Of a stretch of 64,000 bases of DNA, positions 49,471 to 59,810 are shown piece by piece. Both the position numbers and the translations under genes were made by a program. Every line of letters starts with the position of its first letter. Position 1 is the stretch's first letter. Origin of the DNA: Methanotrichaceae archaeon (GTDB lineage: Archaea; Halobacteriota; Methanosarcinia; Methanotrichales; Methanotrichaceae); assembly GCA_963748825.1 (NCBI GenBank), contig CAVVKN010000002.1, positions 32,001 through 96,000 on the forward strand, read 5' to 3'. The notes beneath the pieces are model-generated. The model had not been told where the DNA came from. It saw only the letters and a list, made by a program, of their open reading frames with translations, and made no database searches.

Positions 49471-52389
49471 TTACCACACCCTGCGCCGGGCATAGACTCC
49501 CGTTGCCAGGGCAACAAGGGTGGCCAAAAAGCCCAGGGCAGGGCTCTTCTTTGCCCCGTTATCGCTGGCAGCAATGGTTATGGTGCCGTTTGAGATTGTC
49601 TCGGGCTTAAAGCCGCTCGTGCCTGTCACCAACAGATCTATGGTCTCATTCACCTGGCTTTTTTTGTTGACCGCAAAGGTGAGATTAGCTGCCCCGCAGC
49701 CTGCCGGCAATATAACGCCTATCTTTCCCAGCTTCGTGTCCACCTGCCAGGAGGCTTTGCACTCCCCGGAAATGCTCGTGGGCTTCAGCTTGGCGGCATC
49801 ATAAGAGATGTTAATCCTCTTCTCACCACTGGAATTGGGGGCAAGGAGGGGAATGGATACATCGTCCCCGGCAAATGCCTGTGCAATGCCCAGGGATACG
49901 CCGCGCATTTCGGCAGGAGTGACATTGAAGAACTCTCCGAATGTCTGAATGGCATTGACGACATTTTCCACCCTAACCCGTAGCTCGTATCGGCCGGGCT
50001 TGGCCCCTACTACATTAATATGTGGCTCTAAAAACTCAAGATTGCCTTGCAGGGTATGATTTATGCCGCTTGGAGCCAATCTGCCATTGATAACATCAAG
50101 AAACTGCAGAATGCTCTTTCCAGGCTCAATCTTGATGAATTGCATTCGGGCAGTGCTGTTGCCTAGCATGGCATCATAATCAAGCGAACTATTGAGTCGT
50201 TTATATTCGCCGCGGGAAACGTAATATGTGGACGCACTGTCCAATATTGCACCAATTCTTCCCTTCGAATCAAATATCACGCCAACCTGCAAAGGAGGTT
50301 TAGATGAACTCAAGTACAGCAATCCCGGTACAGGGCTGCCGCCCGCATCCAGGACGAGGCTCCTGTCATCACCTAGCTGCATCGTCGTAGCATTCCATCT
50401 CCAGGCAAAGCCCCATAAATCACCCGAACCCTGGGCGAGCCTGGTGATATCCCTAGAGAAGACAGTCCTGTTGCTCGAATCCAAGACGTCTGCAGTTACC
50501 TGACGAATCTCGGCGGCTTTGACAACCATAGAGAAATTGGCAGATGTCGAAGAGATAACATTTGCGGGAAGTGCTATTTTCGGAGGCGCAGGTCTCGGAA
50601 CAACATATTTTTGGGAATAGAGATAGTATCGAAGAGAATCGTTATCTGCAATCCGAATATTCATATTCGGGCCCAGGGAAATGGTAGAGTCGCTATTTAA
50701 ATTGACGATTTCGTCGTTAGCCATAATTATTACATAGGGTATGGATGTAGACATGATCTGAAGCTTTCCGATACCAAGCCCTGCTTCCACTGGCAGCAAA
50801 AACTGATCTGAGATTTGGAAGATTCCGTCGATGGTCGCAAATCGAATGCTTCCATTGCTGAAGATATTATTTACATGCAGCTTGATTATCGGCATGTCTT
50901 TTACATCATCCAAATCCTTCGTGTAGATGTAAGTTGAATTCGATCTTACGATAGAGCTGTCCTGTAAAACACCGTTCTTTGTGAGCTGGACAAAGATCTT
51001 ATCCTTTTCAACATCCCTGATCCAGACTTCATAACCTTCTTGCAGCGAATAATTTCCCGCAGCAACATTTCCCTGAACTACTTCGCTATCAATCAGCACT
51101 CGTCCGATCTTTTCATGATCAAAGAGATTTAATGATGATTGCTTGCCATCCATTGACCGGTCATATCCGGCAAACCACATATCGCCAAGGAAAGGCACGA
51201 CATAATAGGATCCCCATGGCAAAAAATCATACTCTTTAGACCTCATGGTTGCTGTATACTGAAATCCATCCAAAATTACCGTTCCATTCAAAACTTTAGG
51301 GCCGGTGGGCGGCAGAACCGTTCTTCCATTTACATTATGAAGCGACAGCGTCTCAGAACCGAATTGATCATCTGAGCCGAATTGATTTTCAGAACCAAGC
51401 TTATTCTCCGGGTCCATGAAAAAGTTAGTATAATTCCCTGAGTTCCATCTTGCTGCCAGAGGTGAAGGATATTTACCATACATGCCGGCAATTACTCGAC
51501 TGCCGTTGAACGTCGGGCCCCTAATTTCATGCACACCGTAATCGTAGATGCCCCCTTCCGGATAGTAAATCAAATCAGGACTGTCCGTAACTCTCAACAC
51601 AAATCCAGTTGCCAGAAGGACCTGGCTGTTCTTTATCAGAGTCAGAGACATGTCATTATGAAATTCAATGCCATCATCGGAGAGGGATGTCAGCTTCATA
51701 TTACCGAGCCTGCCTCCTTCAAAAAGCGTGACAATGGGATTATCACTGACCTGAAAAATCCCATCCACCTCGGCAAATCCAGAATCTTCGCCGCGCATGG
51801 CATTGACCAGATGAACCAAAATTATGGGTACTCCATCAATTTTATATACATAGGTTCCGCCCATGCTGACTATTGCGGCGTGGACTGGTTTGCCATTCTT
51901 CAAGAGAACGAAATTGACAACATTGCTTTTCTTAGAGACCTCTGTCACAGCCAGAACGTAGCCATCCATAAGTGGCAGTGTTTTATTGTAGGTCAGAGTG
52001 TACTCATCTCTCGCATCTAAGAGCACCTTTCTGAGTGCTCCTTTTTCAAGAGAGCTCACTTCTTTCGTGAAGTTGCTTTCTGGATAGCCGGCAAAATAGG
52101 GCTTGCCCATAAATGCCACTGCCTGGAAGCTGCCCCAGGGTCCATACTCAAACCGCTGCGACCATGTCTTTGAGGAATAGACAATATGCTCTTTCTCTGC
52201 GGTCCTTCCCTGCAGATCGATGCGCAGCTCTTCGCCGCCCTGATCCTTGTCCAGGTCATAGAAGAACCAACCGAAGTCATTCGCCCGCCAGATCCCACTA
52301 CCTTCACTGAAATGGCCCCGCACAAAGGCCGCTTCCACCGGCTCTTGTGCGAAGGCGCTCGAAACTAGCCCAAAGAGCATTGCCAACAT
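49471..52389 (-). CDS. S-layer domain protein with C-terminal cohesin-like domain and PGF-CTERM-like sorting signal
   Basis: Two VRG..W....F..FFYD..GxE repeats with VDGIFQ.SD; C-terminal INISYD...LTFAV...NGTITI; KKSPALG-hydrophobic-RRR; true start may be slightly upstream. Confidence 0.8.
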   Translation of the reverse strand: MLAMLFGLVSSAFAQEPVEAAFVRGHFSEGSGIWRANDFGWFFYDLDKDQGGEELRIDLQGRTAEKEHIVYSSKTWSQRFEYGPWGSFQAVAFMGKPYFAGYPESNFTKEVSSLEKGALRKVLLDARDEYTLTYNKTLPLMDGYVLAVTEVSKKSNVVNFVLLKNGKPVHAAIVSMGGTYVYKIDGVPIILVHLVNAMRGEDSGFAEVDGIFQVSDNPIVTLFEGGRLGNMKLTSLSDDGIEFHNDMSLTLIKNSQVLLATGFVLRVTDSPDLIYYPEGGIYDYGVHEIRGPTFNGSRVIAGMYGKYPSPLAARWNSGNYTNFFMDPENKLGSENQFGSDDQFGSETLSLHNVNGRTVLPPTGPKVLNGTVILDGFQYTATMRSKEYDFLPWGSYYVVPFLGDMWFAGYDRSMDGKQSSLNLFDHEKIGRVLIDSEVVQGNVAAGNYSLQEGYEVWIRDVEKDKIFVQLTKNGVLQDSSIVRSNSTYIYTKDLDDVKDMPIIKLHVNNIFSNGSIRFATIDGIFQISDQFLLPVEAGLGIGKLQIMSTSIPYVIIMANDEIVNLNSDSTISLGPNMNIRIADNDSLRYYLYSQKYVVPRPAPPKIALPANVISSTSANFSMVVKAAEIRQVTADVLDSSNRTVFSRDITRLAQGSGDLWGFAWRWNATTMQLGDDRSLVLDAGGSPVPGLLYLSSSKPPLQVGVIFDSKGRIGAILDSASTYYVSRGEYKRLNSSLDYDAMLGNSTARMQFIKIEPGKSILQFLDVINGRLAPSGINHTLQGNLEFLEPHINVVGAKPGRYELRVRVENVVNAIQTFGEFFNVTPAEMRGVSLGIAQAFAGDDVSIPLLAPNSSGEKRINISYDAAKLKPTSISGECKASWQVDTKLGKIGVILPAGCGAANLTFAVNKKSQVNETIDLLVTGTSGFKPETISNGTITIAASDNGAKKSPALGFLATLVALATGVYARRRVW

Positions 52390-52498
52390 TATGGCAGTGG
52401 CTATAAACCAGATTGTCCTGATTTCTATCTACCTCTCAAGAATCATTCCTGGATAAGCTGTATATCCTATGGCGGATCTACATGCGGAGCGGAGTTAG

Positions 52499-53299
52499 AT
52501 GTCATCTATTAAACACGTTGCGATATACGGCAAAGGCGGTATCGGCAAGTCGTGCACGGCCTCGAACATAGCCGCCGCCTGTGCCGAAGAGGGCCACAGG
52601 GTGCTTGTGGTGGGCTGCGATCCCAAGAGCGACTCGAGCATAACACTGGTGGGCAGAAGAATTCCCACCATGATGGACCTCATCCAAGCCGGAGGAGAGA
52701 TCCGGGAGAAGGATGTCGTTTTTGAGGGATACAAGGGCGTTAAGTGCATTGAGGTAGGAGGCCCGGAGCCGGGAGTGGGCTGTGCCGGGCGGGGCATAAT
52801 TGTCGCCATTGATTTCCTGCGGAAAGTCTCCAAGGCGATGGAGAATGTGGACCTGGTGCTGTACGATGTACCGGGAGATATCGTCTGCGGCGGATTTTCC
52901 GCGCCCATTCGAAAGGGACTGGTCAGCCAGGCTTACATCATCACCTCCGGGGAGTACATGCCGCTTTATGCTGCGAACAACATCAGTAAGGGCCTGCGCC
53001 GCCTGAAAACGCCTCTGGCAGGCGTGATCTGCAACTCACGGGAGGCTGCCGCCGGGCGGGAGAAGGAGATTGCTGAAAAATTTGCCCAGGAGCTGAACAG
53101 CCGACTGGTGGCCTTCATCCCCAAAGATCCCATAGTGCAGCAGTGCGAGAGGAGAGCGGTGACTGTGATAGAGGGCGCGCCTGACTCAGAGATAGCGGAC
53201 GTCTACCGTGCCCTGGCCAGGGAAATCATGTCGGGGGCCGAGCCGAAGGTGCCTGAGCCCCTCAGCGATGAGAGACTTAGAGAACTCTCCATGGAATGA
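52499..53299 (+). CDS. cfbC: Ni-sirohydrochlorin a,c-diamide reductive cyclase, NifH-like reductase subunit
   Basis: [44 protein letters not shown]; adjacent to cfbB; no nifDK in window. Confidence 0.85.
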   Translation: MSSIKHVAIYGKGGIGKSCTASNIAAACAEEGHRVLVVGCDPKSDSSITLVGRRIPTMMDLIQAGGEIREKDVVFEGYKGVKCIEVGGPEPGVGCAGRGIIVAIDFLRKVSKAMENVDLVLYDVPGDIVCGGFSAPIRKGLVSQAYIITSGEYMPLYAANNISKGLRRLKTPLAGVICNSREAAAGREKEIAEKFAQELNSRLVAFIPKDPIVQQCERRAVTVIEGAPDSEIADVYRALAREIMSGAEPKVPEPLSDERLRELSME

Positions 53300-53303
53300 T
53301 AAA

Positions 53304-54680
53304 ATGCGAGCCGACTGTCCACGAATCCTTATAGCTGGCGATCGAAGCTCCAGCGGCAAGACCACCATCGTAGCTGGCCTGCTCTCTGCCCTTTGCGGCA
53401 AAGGCCAGAAGGTGCAGCCCTTCAAGGTGGCCATGGACTACATCGATCCCAGCTACCACACCTGGATCACTGGCAGAAGCTGCCGCAATCTGGACGGCTA
53501 CCTCATGACACAGGCAGCCGTTATGGAGATCTACAATCACGCGGCAGAGAGCGCCGACATAGCAGTAATCGAGGGCGTGCGCGGCCTTTACGAGGGGTAC
53601 GACGGAGATCTGGGCAGCACGGCGCAGATCGCCAAGATGCTTCATGTCCCGGTCATCTTCGTGGTCGACGCCAGAAGCATCACGAGGAGCGCAGCGGCTA
53701 TAGTCAAAGGCTACATGGACTTTGACCCCCAGGTGCAATTCAAGGGTGTAATTCTCAACAAGGTGGGATCGGAGAGGCACGCCCAAAAAGCGATCAAGGA
53801 GATAGAGCGCTACGCGGGAGTGGAAGTGGTGGGCGTGATCCGGCGAAATGAGGAGATGCACCTGGCTATGCGCCACCTGGGTCTGGTGCCCGTGCTGGAA
53901 GGCAAGACCCGGCACGAGGGCTTCCCGGAGCGGGTAGATAAAATCCGCCAGATCGTGGAAGAGGGCCTGAACCTGGACCGCATTCAGGAGATCGCGAAGG
54001 AGGCACAGCCGCTGCCTGAGGTCGAGACGGACCTCTACCGGCAAAATGCCCTGGGCCAGGGTCTACGTATCGGCGTGGCCAGGGATGAGGCCTTCAACTT
54101 CTACTATCGGGACAACCTGGAGCTGATGGAGCTGGCTGGGGCGAAGGTCGTGCCCTTCAGCCCGGTGCACGACTCCGCATTGCCGGATGTGGACGGCATC
54201 TACATCGGCGGAGGATACCCGGAGCTTTATGCCCGGGAGCTGTCTGAGAATGCGGGCATGCGCCGGGCACTGGAGCGTGCGCACGAGAGAGACCTGCCCA
54301 TCTTCGCGGAGTGCGGCGGGCTGATGTACCTAGGCCGTGAGATCGAGTGGGATGGCGAAAAAAGAGAGATGGTGGGGCTGGTTCCAGGGAAGACAAGGCG
54401 CGGCAAGGTGCGAGTGGTCAGCTACGTGCACGGGGCTTTTGCCCGCGATTGTGCTCTGGGAAAAGCGGGCGAGGCGATCATGGGGCATGAGTTTCACCAC
54501 TCGGAGATGCTGATGGATGAGAACGTGAAGTACGCCATTCGCCTGGAGCGGGGCACGGGCATCAAAGATGGCTGGGACGGCATGTGCGAGGGAAATTTAG
54601 TGGCCAGCTATACCCACATTCACAGCGCGTCTTTCCGGGGATTTCCGGCCAACTTCATCAAGGCCTGCAAAAATAGATAG
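53304..54680 (+). CDS. cfbB: Ni-sirohydrochlorin a,c-diamide synthase (CbiA/CobB family)
   Basis: AGDRSSSGKTT, DYIDP, EGVRGLYEG, RHLGL, GGGYPE, ECGGLMYL, GHEFH. Confidence 0.85.
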   Translation: MRADCPRILIAGDRSSSGKTTIVAGLLSALCGKGQKVQPFKVAMDYIDPSYHTWITGRSCRNLDGYLMTQAAVMEIYNHAAESADIAVIEGVRGLYEGYDGDLGSTAQIAKMLHVPVIFVVDARSITRSAAAIVKGYMDFDPQVQFKGVILNKVGSERHAQKAIKEIERYAGVEVVGVIRRNEEMHLAMRHLGLVPVLEGKTRHEGFPERVDKIRQIVEEGLNLDRIQEIAKEAQPLPEVETDLYRQNALGQGLRIGVARDEAFNFYYRDNLELMELAGAKVVPFSPVHDSALPDVDGIYIGGGYPELYARELSENAGMRRALERAHERDLPIFAECGGLMYLGREIEWDGEKREMVGLVPGKTRRGKVRVVSYVHGAFARDCALGKAGEAIMGHEFHHSEMLMDENVKYAIRLERGTGIKDGWDGMCEGNLVASYTHIHSASFRGFPANFIKACKNR

Positions 54681-54750
54681 GGCTCGAAAAACTGTTCATA
54701 GATCCAAGAAGGATTCTATTCAAGGAGATATATTCGCCAGGCATCGGGAA

Positions 54751-55302
54751 CTACATTATTCCTATCTTGTTCTTGATGACCCGGATATCCTTTCCCATCC
54801 TCATTAGTCGATCCGTGTTGCTGTGATATACCATGTCGTCGCGCAGATCACGGATTTCGCCAGTGGTCTCATCTTGCTTCACCAGCATCTGATCCATCTT
54901 TTTATTTATTCCCCTGACTTCGGCGACGGTTTCGTCTTGCTTCTCCAGCATCCGATCCATTTTGTTGTTCATTCCTAATAGTAGGGGAATTGCCTTGTTC
55001 AACTGCGCTGATGTATTTATTGCCGCATACTTTTCCAGTGAAATGACTTTTCCAGAGAACTCCGATACCTCAATAGCATCTACCACGGCCAGCTCGGGCT
55101 TATTCGATCTCACCAAATCGTCAAAATATGATACGCACCCTTCATCTCCTTCAGCCAAGACTACGACCACAGGATTTCCGTTCTCAATGCGGTTGCTGGC
55201 CTGAAAGCCGAACAGCCCACAACCTATGGCCACATCAGTAAGCCAGGGTCGATAGCCTACTCCGTGCACTTTGCTGCCCGAGATTGTCATTTTGATCTTC
55301 AT
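54751..55302 (-). CDS. acylphosphatase-like domain + coiled-coil repeat protein
   Basis: GSKVHGVGYR N-terminus; MD.ML.KQDET repeated twice. Confidence 0.75.
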   Translation of the reverse strand: MKIKMTISGSKVHGVGYRPWLTDVAIGCGLFGFQASNRIENGNPVVVVLAEGDEGCVSYFDDLVRSNKPELAVVDAIEVSEFSGKVISLEKYAAINTSAQLNKAIPLLLGMNNKMDRMLEKQDETVAEVRGINKKMDQMLVKQDETTGEIRDLRDDMVYHSNTDRLMRMGKDIRVIKNKIGIM

Positions 55303-55524
55303 GCTAAAGTATTGTTTGGTTTGAAGCTATTTAGCTATTTCCGGCCCCCCACGTCACTGTGGTTGAGAAGTCGTTAGGCGCTGCTGGTTATAACCAATGG
55401 TTACGAACTTCCACTACAGTGCCACAGAGCGTACGAAGAACTCACAGAGGACTCGATTATTCTATTACTTACTCTATACAGCTAAGAACCAAACATCTTC
55501 CACGTTCATAGAACCTCATCTTTT

Positions 55525-55550
55525 CTTCGCGTCTTCGCGGCTTCGCGTGA
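55525..55550. repeat. (CTTCGCGK)x3 short tandem repeat
   Basis: CTTCGCGT CTTCGCGG CTTCGCGT GA. Confidence 0.6.
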
Positions 55551-55609
55551 GACCGTCGATCTTCCGCCGCCTTCAGTCTCTCGCAGGCCTCCCACTATCG
55601 TTCCACCCC

Positions 55610-56203
55610 TCACCTGATCTTCGCTAGCCTCTCGTTCACCCTATCCGCGTCGAAATACTCGGGATTGTATTCATCTCCCGCCCAAGTCTGCAAATCCGCG
55701 TGCTCCGGGTGTTTCGGGTTCCTCAGGGCTTTCAGGAGATTGTAGTATCCACCCTCTCCGCCACAGTCCTCATGAGGGGCGGCACGCTTGCCCTTCAGGC
55801 ATACAGGCACCTTCAGCTCCTCTTGAGGCCTGAAGATCTTCTCTACCAGGATTGTGTGACGCCAGTTGTCCCCAAAGTCGTACTCATAGCTGAACTTGAA
55901 CTTCTCCCCTGGGATTACTCTATTCAGCCTGACCTTCTTCTCATCCGTAAAATCGTCGCCCAACATATCCGCCTCTCTGCAGATGACGCTGTAGTCCTCG
56001 CCCTCTATCACGAACTTGTGCAGATGGTAGTCATCCCATCCCATGACCACTTGCAGAATCTTATGAAGCTTGAATAGAGTTATGTCCCCGCGAACCTGAA
56101 TTCTCCGCCAGATGAGCGGCCTTATTCCATCAAGGGTCACCTTTAGCTGGTAGACTGCCTCAGGCTCAGACTGAACTGAAGAATCCTTCGCTTTTTTTGC
56201 CAT
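55610..56203 (-). CDS. plasmid pRiA4b ORF-3 family protein
   Basis: YQLKVTL, IWRRI, LH..LQ..MGW.DYHLH.F, YEYDFGDNWRH, P.EDCGG. Confidence 0.92.
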   Translation of the reverse strand: MAKKAKDSSVQSEPEAVYQLKVTLDGIRPLIWRRIQVRGDITLFKLHKILQVVMGWDDYHLHKFVIEGEDYSVICREADMLGDDFTDEKKVRLNRVIPGEKFKFSYEYDFGDNWRHTILVEKIFRPQEELKVPVCLKGKRAAPHEDCGGEGGYYNLLKALRNPKHPEHADLQTWAGDEYNPEYFDADRVNERLAKIR

Positions 56204-56318
56204 AGTTCACGATTAAGGATCCTCTGTGGATTTCATCTTTGCTGAGCGATCGAGATCTGATGCAAAAAACGATAGAGCTAAATAAATTGCATCCTATCCA
56301 TTTAGCTGGTGATTTGAA

Positions 56319-56723
56319 ATGGTGAAGATGTCAGCGGAAGTTCGAGAGACCTTGGAAAAGCAAAAGCCAATACCCATTGCCACAGCCAGCAAGTCTGGAA
56401 TGCCCAATGTGGTCTTTGTGGGGCTGATGAAGATCATAGACGATGAAACCATCATGCTTGCGGACAACTTCTTCTACAAGACCTCCCAGAACCTGGCCGA
56501 GAATCCCAAGATCTCCATACTCTGCTACAACAGCGAGACCAAGAAGTCCTTCCAGATCAAGGGCAATGTCACTGTTACCAAGGAAGGGCCGGACTTCGTG
56601 GCGATGAGGGCCTGGGTGCACGGCATCAACAACAAGCTGCCGGCCAAGAGCTGCGCCGTGGTCAAGATCACGGAGATCTACAACGCCATGTGGGGACCGG
56701 CTGCTGGAAAACAGATTGCCTGA
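56319..56723 (+). CDS. pyridoxamine 5'-phosphate oxidase family FMN-binding protein
   Basis: ATASKSGMPNV, DNFFYKT..NL.ENP, FQIKG. Confidence 0.88.
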   Translation: MVKMSAEVRETLEKQKPIPIATASKSGMPNVVFVGLMKIIDDETIMLADNFFYKTSQNLAENPKISILCYNSETKKSFQIKGNVTVTKEGPDFVAMRAWVHGINNKLPAKSCAVVKITEIYNAMWGPAAGKQIA

Positions 56724-56826
56724 ACATAATACATTAATTTTAGTATATTTTTTAAAGAAAAGATTAAGTCCGGCCAAGGCAGCATGCTTGGGCCGGCACG
56801 AAACTTCTTTGGGTCCACATAACGTG

Positions 56827-58290
56827 TTATAAGCTTTTAAGCCTCTTATCTAGCCTCTCCGCCTTGGTCTTCACATCCAGGTGCGCGATATTTGAGAACT
56901 GCAACCACGGCTTCTCGCCAGGGTGGACTAAATTATTGATCCTTTTATAGAAGGGGCTTTGCGTTGTGCACTCATGCAGATGTCTGACGCCAACCCGACA
57001 GCGATCAGGTTCATCATACTCGCGATACATCTCCAGCAAGCATGCATCCAAATTTTCATCCATTAGCAGGACGGCACCTCCAAAGACATCTTCACGCTTG
57101 ACCTTATCAACTACCCAGCCGCCGGTGTTGTAAACTGCCACGGGCCTTTTGAATCCTTCAATGTAAGACTCCTCTAGGAACGGCTTGTGGGTATGGCCGA
57201 AGACAAAGGCCAGTTCTGAAGGAAGTGGGGCACCTTGACGTTCATCGATGATCTGATTTCTTACAGCCATTAGATACTGAGCCACGCCCGCTTCAGTCTG
57301 CTCACCCAGAGGCTTATCTTTCAATTTTCGTTCCCCATCAGAGATTCTGCAAAAGACAGATTCAAGAATATTCTTCAAGATCCGCTCTTCCACCAAGTCA
57401 GCACAGCCTGTGAAGCCGTATTTTTTTGCCAGGTTTTTGGCAGCTTTGGCGATAAAGATCTTCATCTGTCCTTCGTCAAGCATGTGCTCGTAAAGGGTCT
57501 CAGTGAGCGCTCCCACCTCGCCGGAACGTCCCAGGGCGGACCAGAGGAAATCAATCCATGCGAAGTTCTCAGACTCAATCAACTGTATGTCGCTGGGCAT
57601 CTCACAGTCTAGATTCAACAGATCCGCTTTCAATTTGCTCATGATGTAGTATTTCGACTCGACGAAGTGGCCGTGATGAATGACGACGCATTTCTCTTTG
57701 CTCTTCGAGAGGATACCAAAGTTCGGATAGGCAATTTTAATAAGGATGTTATCGCGCAGCTTGTACTTCTCTTCGATATCAAGTTTGGAGCGTCGCTTCA
57801 GGATTTTATCCAGGAAATATGAAGAGACCTGGTTCTTGTCGCTGTCGTCCTCCTTTCCTTCCAGGAGAAACATCTCCGTCTTGTGCCATGGCAGATCCAG
57901 ATGTTTATCAGGATGCCTGTCAATATACTCAACGTACTGTGTCTCTCTGGCCATCTCCCATAAGTGGTGGTCGTGGTTGCCCGGAATGTAAATGATCCCA
58001 TCAAAGAGTTCTCTGCCTTTTGCCATGACAAGCTCCATGAACCGCTCGAAGATCATAGCTGAGGTATTGTACTCAGAGAGAGCCAGCTCCAAAATGTCGC
58101 CGTTCAGAATCAATGTGGGCTTCTCAGGCCCTTCGTTATTGGAGATCAGCTCGCGCAGACATTCGACGAGACGAAACATTACGGAGTTTGCCTTAAGGGG
58201 ATCTACATTATTGCCATTCACCTCGGTGAGAAGGCTGTCCTCCTCGCCGAGGTGCATATCTGATAAGCATACATAGCGAATATCATTCAT
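56827..58290 (-). CDS. calcineurin-like metallophosphoesterase
   Basis: SDMHLG, NGD, PGNHD, HHGH, FGHTH, NTGGW. Confidence 0.85.
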   Translation of the reverse strand: MNDIRYVCLSDMHLGEEDSLLTEVNGNNVDPLKANSVMFRLVECLRELISNNEGPEKPTLILNGDILELALSEYNTSAMIFERFMELVMAKGRELFDGIIYIPGNHDHHLWEMARETQYVEYIDRHPDKHLDLPWHKTEMFLLEGKEDDSDKNQVSSYFLDKILKRRSKLDIEEKYKLRDNILIKIAYPNFGILSKSKEKCVVIHHGHFVESKYYIMSKLKADLLNLDCEMPSDIQLIESENFAWIDFLWSALGRSGEVGALTETLYEHMLDEGQMKIFIAKAAKNLAKKYGFTGCADLVEERILKNILESVFCRISDGERKLKDKPLGEQTEAGVAQYLMAVRNQIIDERQGAPLPSELAFVFGHTHKPFLEESYIEGFKRPVAVYNTGGWVVDKVKREDVFGGAVLLMDENLDACLLEMYREYDEPDRCRVGVRHLHECTTQSPFYKRINNLVHPGEKPWLQFSNIAHLDVKTKAERLDKRLKSL

Positions 58291-58802
58291 ACCTAGCGCC
58301 TCCGGCCTGAGCCTCTCCGGGAAAAAGAGAGAAATGACCTAAATTTAACTGAAACTTATGACAGAATGTGGGCACTACAGCTTTATTAAGTCTTCTAAAA
58401 GACCCATGCATTTTCTTTTCATAAGTTGAAGCTCATTGATTGCCAGAGCATTATTGAACAGGTCAGCTCCCACATCAAGCGCTGCAAGCAACAAATTCAA
58501 ATTACCACGTCACATCATATCCCAGCCCGCTATGTGGGCGCTCCGGACAGCTCAATCACCCGGCTCTGCCATCTCATCCTCGCATCCGGCGCCTGCAGGT
58601 AGAGGTACGTGAGACACGCGCTTTGCGCCCTGGTTTTCGATCAGGTTGCCCAATTTTTTTGGGCGTGCTGTGGTTGGTGACATCAAAGGGCTCGGGAAAG
58701 GAGCATTCGTGAATTGAGCAGGTCGGCTCCCTTTGCCAGAGCTGCCACGCGCGGGCAGGGCTTCGGTGTCTCCGGATTAAAAGACTTAGGCGTCTTTTCC
58801 TG

Positions 58803-59651
58803 CTAAATCACTCCCCGGTAGTACGCCATCCTCCTGGCATGGGGCCGGAAAAGCTCCAGCAGCCTCTTCTCTTCCTCTTCAGCTAGCGGCTGGAACTCCC
58901 TGCCCACCTGGGCCAGCGTCTGCACCTCTCTGGGGCTGGAGCAGCCCACGATGGCCGTGCTGATCTCCCGGGAAAGGGCAAACCGCAGGAGCAGCTCTGC
59001 CGTCACTCCATCCTGCGGGGAGATGTAATGCGAGGCCCCCAGCACCTTCATGCCGATAACGGCCAGGCCTCTGTCCTTTGCAGCGGCCATTACTCGGTCC
59101 AGAAATCCGCCCAAGACGGCTTCTGCCGGATTGACGGGCATGAGCACGGCGTCCACCGGCCAGTTTTTCACGGCGTGCTCCAGGATTTTCGGGGCATGGT
59201 GACCGGTGACGCCCAGGAAGCGCACCAGTCCTGCGTCTTTGGCCTCAACAAACGCCTGCAGGGCTCCGCCTGGTCCCTCGATCTCCTCGATATCCTGGCG
59301 TGTCCGAACGTCATGAATCTGCCACAGGTCCAGGCGCTCCAGGCCCATTGTCTCCAGGGACTCTGCCAGATCGGCCCTGGCACCCCGGTAGTCGCGGGCG
59401 GCGGACTTGCTGGTCTGAAAGATGCTGAAGCGTTGCTGTGCGTGGCTGCGCCAAAAACTGCCATAGTAGCCCTGGCTGCCCGCGTAAGCCTGCGCCGAGT
59501 CGAAGTAGGTTATGCCTTGGGCTGCTGCCTCCTCGATCACGGCCTTGGCCTCCTTCTCGCGCCCGTAGGTTCGCAGCACGCCCTCCCCGCCCAGTCCCAC
59601 CTGAGTGATGGCCGGGCCCGACTTTCCGAAGAGCCTCGTAGTAATAGTCAC
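58803..59651 (-). CDS. aldo/keto reductase
   Basis: VGLGG, YFDSA..Y, DLWQIH, LGVTGH, IGMK; GTG start assumed. Confidence 0.88.
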   Translation of the reverse strand: MTITTRLFGKSGPAITQVGLGGEGVLRTYGREKEAKAVIEEAAAQGITYFDSAQAYAGSQGYYGSFWRSHAQQRFSIFQTSKSAARDYRGARADLAESLETMGLERLDLWQIHDVRTRQDIEEIEGPGGALQAFVEAKDAGLVRFLGVTGHHAPKILEHAVKNWPVDAVLMPVNPAEAVLGGFLDRVMAAAKDRGLAVIGMKVLGASHYISPQDGVTAELLLRFALSREISTAIVGCSSPREVQTLAQVGREFQPLAEEEEKRLLELFRPHARRMAYYRGVI

Positions 59652-59810
59652 AATAATCCCAGCAAGTATATTTGGCCGGCAGAGTATAAAAAAGGAGGCT
59701 CTTGGCCGTTTAGTATTATTGTGGGCAAGGTTATGATTCGATTCCAATCGTTTTGTCTCGTGCCCGCAAGCATCAAATGCCATCGGCAATGATTATCTAA
59801 GGCGAAGTGC

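Noticed and set aside
52499-53299. nifH / nitrogen fixation
   Set aside because: Adjacent to cfbB with no nifDK in the window; best read as the F430 enzyme CfbC.
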